Shown piece by piece: positions 1 through 13,027 of a stretch of 64,000 nt of DNA. Source of the stretch: Catajapyx aquilonaris (Eukaryota). Position numbers and translations under genes: made by a program. Where the stretch lies: the NCBI GenBank assembly GCA_000934665.2, contig KZ538298.1, forward strand, positions 1 through 64,000. The letters run 5' to 3'. The notes beneath the pieces were generated by a model. The model worked only from the letters and a program-made list of their open reading frames with translations, had not been told where the DNA came from and did not search any database. Within the stretch, counting starts at the first letter, position 1; every line of letters starts with the position of its first letter.

Positions 1-118
1 AGAAGGACCGTGGGAAACCACAGAAAACCACGGTTAGGATTGCCGGCCCCGGGACTCGAACCCAGGACCTCCCGATTAGCAGTCGAACACCTTATCCACT
101 CCACCAAACTGCTTCGGT
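1..118 (-). mobile_element. tRNA-derived SINE 5' head, truncated by window edge
   Basis: Minus strand reads ACCGAAGCAGTT-TGGTGGAGTGG (A box, 96-106) ... GGTTCGAGTCC (B box, 52-62), followed by a non-tRNA body (GGTTTTCTGTGGTTTCCC). Confidence 0.75.
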
Positions 119-3100
119 TAGTTTGATTGCATTTGGTGAAATATATAGTGTTGAGTTAATTGTGGTTATTATATGGTAGTGCTAGCAAGGGGGTAATTAT
201 TAGGGAGTGGGTGGCACTTACTTGTGATTTTTTTTTGCATTTGGCAGGTAATCGATATACTATACATTATTAGAGAGTCAGGAAGTATCGTTACTTTATC
301 ACACTAATATTGAACACATTTCGCAATAGGTACGGTAATCGAACGATAGGGACATTTTTGCCCTCATTTGCCGATTGCAGTGTAATGTAATACACTGTAC
401 AAATAGTGTAATTTTGGCAAACTAGAGTCTGCATCATATTTTCATTGGATGTCCGGTTTAGGCCTCCATTAACAGTTTCCATTTCATCTGAACCGGGCTC
501 ATTAAGGAATATATTGTGAACCCATTGGAAAATGGTTATTATGGAACACGATAGTCATTAGAGCAGAAGTTTTGAAACTTTGCATGCGGGGGACTATATA
601 GAGTGTGCTCGCTTTTGGATGGTAGGGGCGCACATGCTTATAATCATCATCTCGCTTGATGGGAATGTGGGATGGTCTTCGCTCTGAAAATTTACGGTCA
701 ATTTAAAGGGCTTCAGATGCTTTTTGATGCAAATTGTAAATCTTTGGCGAGGGTTTTGACCTCCCTTTGGTATAACCCAGAAAGTTCTAGCGCCCTCGAG
801 GGACATATAGATTGGGAAACCATGCATTCAAGAGCTGGGCTATACGAAATGAATGTTACAACCATTGTTCGAAGCTGTCTGGCTTCCTCTTTTTGAGGCA
901 GTAACTCATGGAAAGTGTATGGCCATGTAGATTATTTTTTGAAGATGTGAGTCCCATGATATTTACAACCATAAATCGCTGCGTGGCCTACTCAAAATAA
1001 TATGTCAGTTTTTAACATTTCCAAATTAATCTCAGTTTGTGGCAATTTTAACGCTTTAGTATATACGGGCATCCATTGTGGTCTTAATACTCTATAAATA
1101 TTTAACGTAGTCAGTGCCGTGTTATGTATTTGTACAAACATTGACTCTTGTGAACACTGTATGAAGCAACACTGTATGAAGTACTCATGCATTTTGATTA
1201 TTTATAGAGTATAAATTTAAATTTATCATGCTTTATGTAGAAGCGTATGCGGACTGCTGTGCCGTGATGAACACTTCAGTACAATTTGGCTGCTGCCTCC
1301 TACCATGTTACCTATTTTATATGGTGCATTGCAGTAAATTCAGTGTAAAATATTGAACACATTATATCACTGCTCGCCATATTTGGCCAGAATGCAATTC
1401 ATTTTTAATGCTAATGTATCAGCTCAATTCCCAGTGACAGTTACATGCGAAGGTACTCTCTGCGTAATTGCAAAGATTTTCACTGTGAATCACATACTAT
1501 TGCGGAACACAATTTTGATTATCCATTGTTCATGCTGCATCCTACATAGCATTTCGTGCTCTGTTCACAACCTGCTGGGATTATATCACACTGATAGTTC
1601 GTGTTTCATAGTCTCTCTTTGGGAACCAAGTCATGATCGACTGATTACGCCCTTGGGGGATTAACAAAGTACAGTCAGTGCTATTCAGAGAAACGTGTAT
1701 TGATCTACTTCGCTACCAGACAGGATCATATTTAGCGATTAGAGTTCACAGAATATGCGAATTGTTCAGTTAAGCTTGAAGAGTGTATAGATGCACGTTC
1801 AGGTGTATTTATCAGCATTTGTGAGAATCAGCATTCAGCCTGGAGGTAGATATTGTTTAAGCTATGTTGAGGTGATTAGTAGAATTTGGGTTGTACTATA
1901 GTACTATACATATTTAAAAAATGTTGTAGTACTCAACACGTGTATTGAGATAATGTACTGTACGTTTTGATTTTTTTATGATACCATTGTAAAACGTATA
2001 ATCCCATTGCTCTCAACGAATTACAGTTCTGGATTGCCACCACGGACCAAATGTACAGTGTTCAACATTACGGTATAATGTTAAGTGCCCATTTGAAAAC
2101 GTACAGTGCAACTTCCCAATTACATCCCCTGAGATAGGGGGGAAAAATATATTGGCTTAATTAAGGATGGTTACCCTCCTCTATATTCCCGAAGGACACT
2201 TGGCAAGAAACTTATTGTACATTTTATTTTTACAGGTAGGCTCATTAGGATTCCTTGGAAATTATTGAAATACTATGTGCAAGCAGGAAATAGAATTCGT
2301 GCGTAATGGCAATAAAGACAGACATTCCATTTTTGTTTATATATCTTCATTTATTTATTGCTCTTTTCTATACTACTTGTGACATTTTCATGACATGTAG
2401 AGAAAACGTAGGTTTTCTCCGAACACATGTGTTCGCATGTCTCGTGTGATCTTAATGGCCCCAAATTATACTGGCATAATGTGGCAGGCATCTCGACCCA
2501 AGAAATCGAGTGACCTTCACTCGTACGGAATTAGGAACGATTTTCCGCTGGAGTTGATTAGTTACCCTAATTATATCCTAATTAGAGGGATATTCTGGAA
2601 TAGAACATAGCAGCGTAGCGGCTCTAAAAGAAATAATCCTATCCAACCTAATTAGAGGGCCATTTCCTTATTTTTTCAGGCAGGTAAATTGCTTGACATT
2701 CGTGAATGGCACGGCTTATACTAATCAAGTATCGTTACTTCATTATTGGATTTCTTGGAACGGTACGGTGTCATCGTTAATACTGGTCGACAACTGGAAG
2801 CACCCTCTTTATGATGGCTGTCCCTATTAATAAACCGAATCTGCTGCATTATTTCAGCATTCATTTGACTGATAGGACACCAAGATGTTACACCGATTTG
2901 AACACAACCAATCGACAAAGCTGTCAACCCCCAACAAATACTGATTAATCCAGACCTGCAAACGACAAAAGAATACGTAATGGCGCCAAATGTATGGATA
3001 TGAAGAGGCCCTGTCAGAAGTTAGGTCCTTGGATGATGATTAGGTTTTGCAAATGAGGCTGCCCTACTTTAGCCGCAAAGATGGACATCAACAATATTCA

Positions 3101-4778
3101 AATGAAAACAGGAGCCACTGATTGATCTCTTGCCTTTGTCCTCCGTCACATTTGAAATTCATCTCCTGACCGTGCCCTCTGCCATCAAAGTCAAAACTGC
3201 CTCATAAAATGGCAGACAACGGTGGGGTTTACGATACATCTACTGTTTTCAAATTGATGGTAACTATTTCCAGGAGGCGCGCATTAAATAGGAATATCAC
3301 CTGTGTAATTACATCCATAGGTATAAGTGCAGGCCTATGGGGTTTGTCCATGGGTGTCTTTGTGGTTGCCCATACTGAACGCATATGTGCTTTGAAGCCC
3401 AAGCTCATTATTAGTCGGTTGGAGATTGACGGGTGAAAAGGCCGACAAAGCTTAATTAATTGGTTAAGCCAACAGTTCTTACGGGTATTAGCGTTGCAGG
3501 ATTTTAAATTTGCGTTTTCAGAAATATACTATGGATATAAACCCACTGGAGTGACCTAGTTAGAATAGGACTATTGTTCAAGGACTGGTTGTGCTGTGGT
3601 GCACGGTAATTTGGAGTGGGCGTTGTTGCTAATAATGTATGTTGCAAATATGCAAACACGATTGATTTGGGAGGAAATTTGAAGGTTGACATTTTGATAT
3701 TTTTAGTTATAAATAACCAATAACCACTACAAAAGGGTGTACATGATTAGAAATGTGGTATTCGTCACTGGCGAGGGCGATGAAAATTGCTCGATTTGTG
3801 TTAATTAGACATTTTGTTAAAATAACTGACGTTGCCTGTCTAGCCTAATGACATATTCATCATAGTGTATGCAACCGTCAAATTTTAAATCAATACAAAT
3901 CATTCAATTGTCATTACATTACTGCAGCTTTTAGCAACAATTAAACTGCAATTAAATTTGTGGCAATATCAGCCTGGGAATAATGACTATATTTTAAAGA
4001 TAAATTTTAATATTTGCAGCTTGCTTCACAAAGCCGACCCTAACCAATAAAAATATCCGCATAACCCCTTCAAAGTTTTTCCAGAAGTTCGCATTCAAAC
4101 TCTCTTTTTCCTCATTGAATCATTCAGCAGTTTCCACCCCACCCGCTGCCCCTTTCTGCCTCGAAAAAAAAAACCCGGTTCTGCATAAGAAAGAAACCGA
4201 GCGTAAGAAAACGACACGAAGCAGCTGGGTACATTTCCATGATGGCTCCTTTCGTCGATGTGACGCACAGTCCAACTGAATTTTAATTCACGGACCTAAA
4301 GTCGTGGGACGCGAATGGGACCTTAAGAAAAAACCCTTGGGAAATTGGTTTTTCAGGCTAGGACCATTAGCCTACAGTTGACAAGCCTTGGATCCTATTA
4401 CCTAAGCCCAATCCAATCCAAATCCCGCGTCATGTTCCAAAAGTGTTCTCTCCTTTTTTGGGTAGGTCCTCTGGTGCCAATTGGGAATAGTGGCGATCAA
4501 AGTTTCACCTTTACTTTCATTGGGGGGGGGGGNGGGGGGGGGAGTCCTTGGAGTAAGGTGGCACAAAAAATATGCTTGTCACCGTCAGGACGAGGCCATT
4601 AATGTGCCACGAAAAGGTCGGTGGTACATGCAAATGAAGAATGATGGCTGAAAATGGCGAGGATGGAGAGGACGATGTAAGTGCTAAATATTGAGTAGGT
4701 GACGGTGTAAAGGGCATTTCCTTGCGAATTGTGGTGTTTACAGGTTGTACAGTCCGAAATTAACATGAGATCACGGCC

Positions 4779-4924
4779 GTCCCAAGGAAAAAAACTTTAT
4801 TCAAAATTAGTAAGGGTGAAAGTCGCATGCATGCCCTACACAAATCCCATCTGACTACAGTGCAGGATGTGCATGCGACTTTCACCCTTACTAGTTTTGA
4901 AGATAGGATGTTTCTCCGTGGGAC
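4779..4924. mobile_element. Palindromic MITE family A, copy 1
   Basis: Arms TCAAAATTAGTAAGGGTGAAAGTCGCATGCA / TGCATGCGACTTTCACCCTTACTAGTTTTGA; a second copy lies at 7667-7807. Confidence 0.8.
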
Positions 4925-7666
4925 GACAGAATTGACGTCAGTGGATGGTACGACATGACGTCAACTGCAACTGTAATACTGGTAATGGCCAGTGTGTCCA
5001 GTTAATGTCCCCTAGTAATAAATCAGTCAGCTTATCTGCTGTTTGAAGGAGCTGAGTCAACTCTCATTGCTGATCAGCTGTGAGCACAATCCTAAATAAA
5101 CTTTTGATACATCCCATGAAACCAATTGGGTCTGTTTGCCTAACTGTAGTTATTACACTACTGTACGTTGGGAATGTCCCTATTCATTACAGTGTACTGC
5201 AAATAGGGTATGAAAAATTGAAGCGTCTGATAGCATTTACTAGTGAAAATTGATCCGTACAGTTTCGGATTATCTGCTCTTACTGCCAGCTTAGTAACGA
5301 TCACGTACAAGCATAATTTACACACAAGTTTATGCCAACATTGATTACTCTTTGTTTGGAAACTTACGTAATTGTTGCAGCTTAGAAGTCACCTTCACGT
5401 ATATCGGACAATAAAATCCTGAACAATAATCATGCTTTTTCGTGCATCAGTCATCAGAAATTGTTGCAACCTTAGACGTCACGCCTTTTGACATTTGAAA
5501 CCCCCCCCCCCCCCCCTTTTTTTTACTGTAACCGGTATCTGATTCTGGGTCGGCCCATATCGAATATTCATCTCGGAATATGGAACGTGATTCTCATATC
5601 GGATTTGTCTCGGATAGTTTCGTCACTCTCTATACAGGGTGAATCACAGCTAGTAAAGGACAATAATGACGTTAAAAAGAAGCCTCCAGATTTGAAATAA
5701 TCTAGGGGGGGATTAATAAAGAAAAGCCTGAATTATCGGGTGTGCATGATGCGGAAAAGCTTAGTAAATCCGGGTTTAGAGGTCTAACTCGAGCAGAATA
5801 GGATTAGCCAAATAGACAATTGTGGAGGGGGGGGGGGGCTGGCTCACCCTGGAATTTCCTGGAGGACAACATAACGTGGGTGATATGATCCGGAGAAAAA
5901 TTCGGAGCAAATCGGAAAAATATATGTTGTGTATAAAAACTGGGAGGATCGTCCGGCGAAACGATAAGAGTGGAACAAAAATGGCGGAAAATTGGATGCT
6001 TTTGTTCGCTTTGGTTGGCGAAAAAACTCTCCGGAATATTGAGCGGAAGGAGATATATAGGTTTCTTTCCCCTTTCTGTTTTTTGGGGGTATTTTTCCAT
6101 GTCCATGGGATACATGCGGTTGTAAATTGATGAAGATGAATTATTCAGTGCGTTCATGATGTGACAGGCTACAGCAGACTGTTTGGACAATATAAGCTAC
6201 GCCCTCTTGTGGAGTGGACTCCTTGTTGTGATATTCGACGTTTCATATAGGGACTCATTTAAAAAAAAATTTGTAAAAATTGGCAGGGGGTGTGGTATTG
6301 TCAGGGGTGAAAATTACTACCCAAACAAATCGATTTTAGATATCAGTAAAAGATCGATTGGTACAATTAAATCCTCACACATCCTACCAAAAATTTAAAT
6401 TTAAATTTAAAATACATGCATTACATTCATTCGTAAAATTGGCATGCGTCTCAGTCAGTTCTAAAATTTTGATAATTAATTCACAGTGGATATGCGCCGT
6501 TTTATCACCAAATTTAGATTTTGGAATCCATGAACCTACGCCCTTCTCGTTGCTCTATATCTGAAAGGTGTTAAATATACTCACGTCAAGTACCTAACTG
6601 ACGGTGACGTTTNNNNNNNNNNNNNNNNNNNNNNNNNNNNNNNNNNNNNNNNNNNNNNNNNNNNNNCCCCCCCCCCCCCCCGATAAGCGCATGTGACGTC
6701 ATCTAAATCCGTCACACCCTGTAGCATGAAAATTAAGTAAGGAAACGGTACGGAAGTGCGTGCAAACGACCCTCTCATGCTTATAAACAGTACTTACAAT
6801 TCACGTCCGAAACTCCAACACTATGAAAATTATTATTTTTTTCTTATTCTTTTTTTGGAAAAGATAGGATGAGACACAGCAGCAGTGTTGATAGCTCCTG
6901 TACAGTTGTGGATGGTGTGGGTTTGGAAGTCTTCTGCCCCCTTCTCTGTACTAGTCCCACCCACCCCCTACTTTTGCTACACCCCTAAAAGCAAAAGGGG
7001 GGGCTCGACTGCCCTTGCGCACCTATACACTCCCTAGATCAATAGCTTTGTGCTCCCCCCCCCCTCCCTAAAAAAAGAGGGGGGTGGAGTAGAGAAAAGC
7101 CTGCATCCACAACACAATTTCCTTTCTTGTCTATCTTTTTTTTTGGGACAAAAACTTTCTTTAGAGGAATATATGCCTACCTTTTTTTTTCAGATATGGA
7201 GTGTCCAGCCTTTTTCTCGTATATCAAGGTAGGATCAATCGATGAACCCCGCCCTTTTGAGTACAGGTGTCACAGCAGGCCATTAGGTGGCACCACCCGC
7301 GCAGGTGAAATCGACGGGGGTTTTCAAATGTCAATGAATCATCAGATGGATCGGTACATTGCACGGACTGTGCCTATATTACGATGGAATGTAAATTGAG
7401 GCATGCAATCGTTGGATGGATTTATGGCAGTTCTTATCTCGAAGAATGGCAATTATGTGGGTACGTTATATGGTCTGGTTGCTTATCTTAGCGACGTGCC
7501 ACTTTAGGAGGCTGAAGTGGAGCTTGGTGAAGGTTGGAGGCGAGACTATCTTATGGTGATGAGGAATGGGGGTGAAGATGACGCAAGTGTAAACAGGTCA
7601 TACATGAAGGACGTAACGTTGCCATTCTCCCTTTGTCACGCACAGTCACGCCCCACATCAATACTG

Positions 7667-7807
7667 TCGTACCAAGGAGAAACAACCTATCTTCAAAACT
7701 AGTAAGGGTGAAAGTCGCATGCATGCCCTGCACTAATCCGCTCTGACTCAGAGGAGGATTAGCGCAGGGCATGCATGCGACTTTCACCCTTACTAGTTTT
7801 GAAGATA
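7667..7807. mobile_element. Palindromic MITE family A, copy 2
   Basis: Near-perfect hairpin TATCTTCAAAACTAGTAAGGGTGAAAGTCGCATGCATGCCCTGC...GCAGGGCATGCATGCGACTTTCACCCTTACTAGTTTTGAAGATA; same family as 4779-4924. Confidence 0.8.
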
Positions 7808-7974
7808 CTGACTTCATGCTTCTGACGGCAAAATAAAGTAGTATATCGATATATCGATAATTTAAATCGACATACCAGTATCTAATTTACGATATTTGCA
7901 AGATTCTATATTTGGAATGCCTATATTTCGGTTTTAGACCTGTTTTGGGGGTGGAATCATCAAATGTCTTAATT

Positions 7975-8170
7975 GATGAATCCACCCCCTGATAGAAGAA
8001 TGGTATTATAGAACGGCTCTGTCCGTTCGTCTGTCTGTGGATAGGTATCAGGGCATAAACCGCAGGAGATAGCGACAAACTGTTTTCGGATTCGGATTCA
8101 GTGGGCCCTAAATATGTTTCATGGTTAACTTCCGGTGACCGGTAACTTCCGGTTTTACGGGTTCACTCTA
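7975..8170 (+). mobile_element. Possible Helentron/DINE-1-like non-autonomous element remnant
   Basis: Short inverted motif, then a GTCC/GTCT microsatellite (CTGTCCGTTCGTCTGTCTGT) and repeated ACTTCCGGT; architecture resembles HINE/DINE-1 elements. Confidence 0.35.
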
Positions 8171-10888
8171 TCCGCCAAGGTCAAGTCTACACTGTATAAA
8201 TGTAGCAATGAGACTGACAACATTCTATATCGTTGTACAAAGTTGCCATCCTAATTTTGCCACTGACCCGCAATGAGAAAACGTTTACTCGAATCACGCT
8301 CGCATGATTTTCCAATCTTGTTTGTTAATTCTCGTGACAGAATAGACTTGTGTAGAAAACATTGTAACTAACAGGACCGGTCATGATAGTTACAACGTTA
8401 TTCTACACAAGTCTTCAGATATTTACGCAATATCGCACAGCCTTACATCTAATATAAAAACTGAACTGTGGTTATTAATCAAATTGCGAGATTATTTTTT
8501 GGGCCGCAGAATTTCTCGGGGGGCTTTACATTTTCTGGGGGTATATGCGGATACTAACGTGAAATACAATTGTAGCGAGTTTCCTTCGTCTTCTTTTGAA
8601 TCCCAGACCTGGTGTAACCTAATTTGGAATTCAATCGACAACCCCACTGGGAAGTCCTCTAACTTTCCGATATTCAAAGTCGCAGCTTCGTACTTCATTA
8701 CTATCCTTTAACCTACCTTGCCCAGAGTACAGGGACGTATAAATTCACTTTTGTAACAAGTACTTTATAGCACATAATCGCTCTCGTGCTGCGAAGTGCC
8801 TTAGTTCTACTCTGTTATTAATCCTGTTCGTTTCTGATACCTGCAACATTACTGTAGTTTAGACGTTATTTTTTGTACTGATGTTGGTCGATTAATCACA
8901 GTATTTATATTTTTAGTAACAAAGCCGTGAAATTCAATAGCAGGCTACAAAAAATTTGCACGCAACTGTTTGCTGCACCATGCAGTAACACGTGAAGTGA
9001 AATTTTTTCCACATTTATTATCTGCTTTTTGGCGCTTTGACTATAGGGTTGCATGCTCCTTAAAAGAGGGAAAATTATTTACCGAGCCATTTAGAAAAGT
9101 AAATAAGTTCTTTCTGTAAACAGTCTAAAGTGATTTTGAAACCTCACACGGTTACAAATTGCTGTGTAAATCCATTCAACATTGAACTAGCCCAGGAAAT
9201 AATTGCGGGTTTCATTTTATGGGTATTTCATCAATTTGAAAATGACAGTAATGTATGTATTGTCTACTATACCGGAAACCATACCGGTAGATGACACCTA
9301 CCATATGTTCAATCTCAAAGTGATACTTTTCAGACAACTACGCTGAATTGTTGTAACTATGCTCCCTCAGCCTCTCTATAGCTGAACTGAATTACAACTG
9401 TCCTACGGACACAGAATCGTATCCGGTAGTTTTGTTAAGTGAGTATGGTGCGGATTACACTAGTTCAATTCAGAAACAGATAAAACATCATTTGGGTAAT
9501 GGACCGGTGGAATTACTTGTGCATCGCTCTGAGTGAAATGTATCCTGGCTCCCGTACAGCACCAGGAACAACATGGAAGGTTTTATTAATTAACTAGATT
9601 AATCAACATTTAGAGAGGACCGGTATAGCACTGTTTGCATAAACACACGCTTCCTCGATAATTAAACGAGAAAAGAAGTGCTTCACCAGCTGGATTATTT
9701 TCGGCGTGTAACAAGATATCGTCGAGATATTTTAGGTAGAAAATGAGGTAGTTTTTAATGCAAATTTGATGCTTACCTGAATGGCCTATTATGCAGCAAT
9801 TTCAGATTTTGTTATTATTATAAAAAAGCAGCTCCGCTTTTACAACTTATTTTTGAATTCGTGTTTCGTCAGCTCCTGTTGGATATGAGGTGTGGGCTGA
9901 AGTGAACATGACACAATTTTAATAAAAATTTTGTGGCACATAGCATGTGACACAGGGCACTGTGCTGTAGGATATCAACCTGGCGTTCTTTATGGACAAC
10001 CTACCCAAGTATGAGACCAGGGCAACCTCCGGAGACACATAAAGCGAGGCCATTGCCCACACTCTGCGGTCATGGAGAGGCAAACTGCAACTGGCAGTAA
10101 TTCTTACTTGAATTTTCCAGCCTTATTACCACCAAAAAAACAATCATTACCTCAAAAAGAACATACATGGCTTAAGGCACTCTCTCTGACTATATAGAAG
10201 ACTTCTTTTTTTCCGCAGTGATACAGAATCTAATGATTCCCTTCCTAAGCTCATTAGAAGTCGGGCATTCCAAGGCGACAGCAACGACCCGTTTTCCAGG
10301 GGAACGGTACAGTAACAACGAACACAGCAAGGAATACTTTAGAAGGCAACAACTTAGGCAAACGTTCCGGCCCCGAGTCCAATCACCCCTCGAACTTATG
10401 GGGCTTAAAACCGGTCGTAAAAAGGAACGAGAGTGTGCTGGCTTCCTGCCTCGTACCCCCACCCAAACGCCCACACTAAAAAACGATTATTCCGGAGAGG
10501 GCTTTAATTGGCGGCGCCATTTGAGCGGGTCCTTTGGACGAATTTTGGGCTAGGGTATGACCACACCCGGAGAGGTTTTTTTTAGGGAGAGAGAGAGAGA
10601 GAGAGAGGTTCACACCCCGTACCCAGTAATAGGTGAGGTCATCAAAATGGTCGAATAATTAAGTCCTCTCCAAAAGCTAACTATGGTGCTGTCATCCAAT
10701 TATTAGGGGGTCATTTTTTCTGCCTTGACTTCCTCTCGGGAAATAATCGATATAACCGGTGGTTACCGGTGCATAAATTAGTTTTTAAAAATGCGCATAG
10801 TAATCTGATTGTAACGACTCCGGCATTGGATCATAAATCTATCGTAGGTGTTGCTCTAGGCTGTGCAGTTTTTTTTCCGATTGTGTTA

Positions 10889-11290
10889 ATATGCAGGGTG
10901 GCTCCATAGGAACATGGAATCATGATGTGTACAGTGCTGGACATTAATTCTGTCATACTGCTAGCGACATTTCTCGATGCGGCGGACGTGAAAATCGAAG
11001 TGATAGAGTGCGACCCCTGCGAGTAAGAAATGGTAACCCTTGGGTGACGTCACTGGCTGGGGACAAGCCTTTTCGCCATTGCCCCCCAGCCGGTGACGTC
11101 ACTCAAGGCCTACCTCTTCTTACTCGCACTGCTCACACTCTATCACTTCGATTTTCACGTCTGCCGCATCGGGGAATTAATGTCCAGCACTGTACACGTC
11201 ACGATTCCATGTTCCTAAAGAGTCACCCTGCATATGCATATGCATAAAATGTCGTAAGCAGTATGACACGATTAATGTCCAACACTGTAC
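10889..11290. mobile_element. Nested Tc1/mariner-type MITE foldback
   Basis: Arms 10889-11062 and 11084-11235 are reverse complementary, with CAGGGTG and TACAGTG termini. An extra arm at 11247-11290 pairs with 10929-10972. Confidence 0.75.
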
Positions 11291-13027
11291 TGTATAGGTA
11301 GTGGTTATGCGCACTGTAATTGTGGATATTGAGATGGTTAAGAAGATTTATGGCAATTGAAAGTGACATCTTTGATTCCTCCTAGACGTTTTGATGAATG
11401 TGGTCTCTTTGTGGATTGAAGGCCCTAAAAGAGCCTTCTAGCAAGAAGACGTAGCTGAAGTCTTCCGTAAACACAATTATTATTTCTGGATAATGGAACA
11501 AACACATTCTATTAAAACTTTATGAAATGGTTTTAAATAGCATAAAAATATCGATTTTGAATCAGAATGGGATGCAATCGTGTCGCACCCTGAGAGCCTT
11601 TCTTCACATTTCCGTTCAGAAAAAGCTTCTCGAGCCTTGCATTCCATTCAACCCAATGATAGCAGCAAATATCTTCGATACCATATCAGAAATATAACAT
11701 CTTCAATTCACAACATAAAACGTACTAACCATTCACTTGCACTCGTCCAATATACTCAGAGAGATTTCCGAATTACAATAATAATGATTATCATTATAAA
11801 ATAGCAGTTCCTTTATTGATGTAGTCAGTTTACGGAACTATTACACACAGTACGGAATTGCCCTTTTTATTAGTCATTAGTGTTAAAATTCGGTAATATT
11901 GCACAGACTAATAAGTGCATCTAAATGGCGATCGCGAGTTGGCCCTAAATCTTGAGTTGTGGTAGAGCAACTCTAAGCCTATATTTATCCAGTTGGTATA
12001 CCCATAAACCGTAATTTGCCTGTACCACATGACGCCAGATGAAACCTATTACCATTTATATCATCTGGTTATTACTTAACTAATTAGAACTTAGTGTTGT
12101 CTGTTATCTTGGCTAAGGCACTTTTGCAAATGCCTACAGGGGGGGGATTGCTTTGATGGAATACTGTAAGTAACCATCCTTGAAAGTACTGTAACGTACA
12201 GTGAACGGCCTACTAATTATATAATTATTAATGCACATGCAGCTCGTTTGTAACATCGATTCCGCCAACTTTGGCACACACTGTACCCTATGGTCATTAA
12301 GCTTACAAGGACGTACTAGTCTGACCAAATTGTACGAGATGGCACTAACATGGAGGTACTCATGCGATGTACACTTCCTCTTTCTTGGCTGGAACATTGC
12401 CGTGAAAAGCGGTCGACTTTTGCGTGCCTCCACCTTCCTACCACCCCGACTCCGAAAGATCAATCCCGAGAACTGCCTGCACTTTTCGCACGTGCAGAAA
12501 TGCGGGACATACTAAAGGTTAGCTGTGAAATACCGTGCCATGTCAGACACATGTCGTGCCAGGTTTGTCCTCGTCGTTCCTCTTTTTTTTATATATATAA
12601 ATCCGTTGTTCCATATAGACGTCAGTGGCTTGACAATGCGTATAGTCGGGGGTATGGTATGCGGATGCCATCTATACACCTGTGATACGAACTACGAGCT
12701 AGTTGGCCATCTCTATTACGTATATCGAATCGTGTGAGACGTTTTGATCTGGGCGCATTAAGGAATTAGTAATTACTGTTGCAAAGTGGAGAAGGGAATT
12801 TGATTTCATTAGAGGGCTAGAAACTTTGCCAGGGATTAGCTACTGATAGACATATGTAAGCTTCGTGATAACAAGGAAAAATGAGCCTTATAATGCTTGC
12901 TTACTAAATTGATATTAAAGTTGCAAGAGGCTATAAATTTGGTGAAGAAGTTGGCTGCTTTCTTGCGAACTTTAGCACTGATGAACCGGTAAGCTGATGC
13001 TAAGTGGAAACAATGGAAGCAACTCAC

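Noticed and set aside
6613..6666. N runs beside poly-C (also 52340-52375)
   Set aside because: Assembly gaps at homopolymers, not biology; small exons hidden there cannot be excluded.
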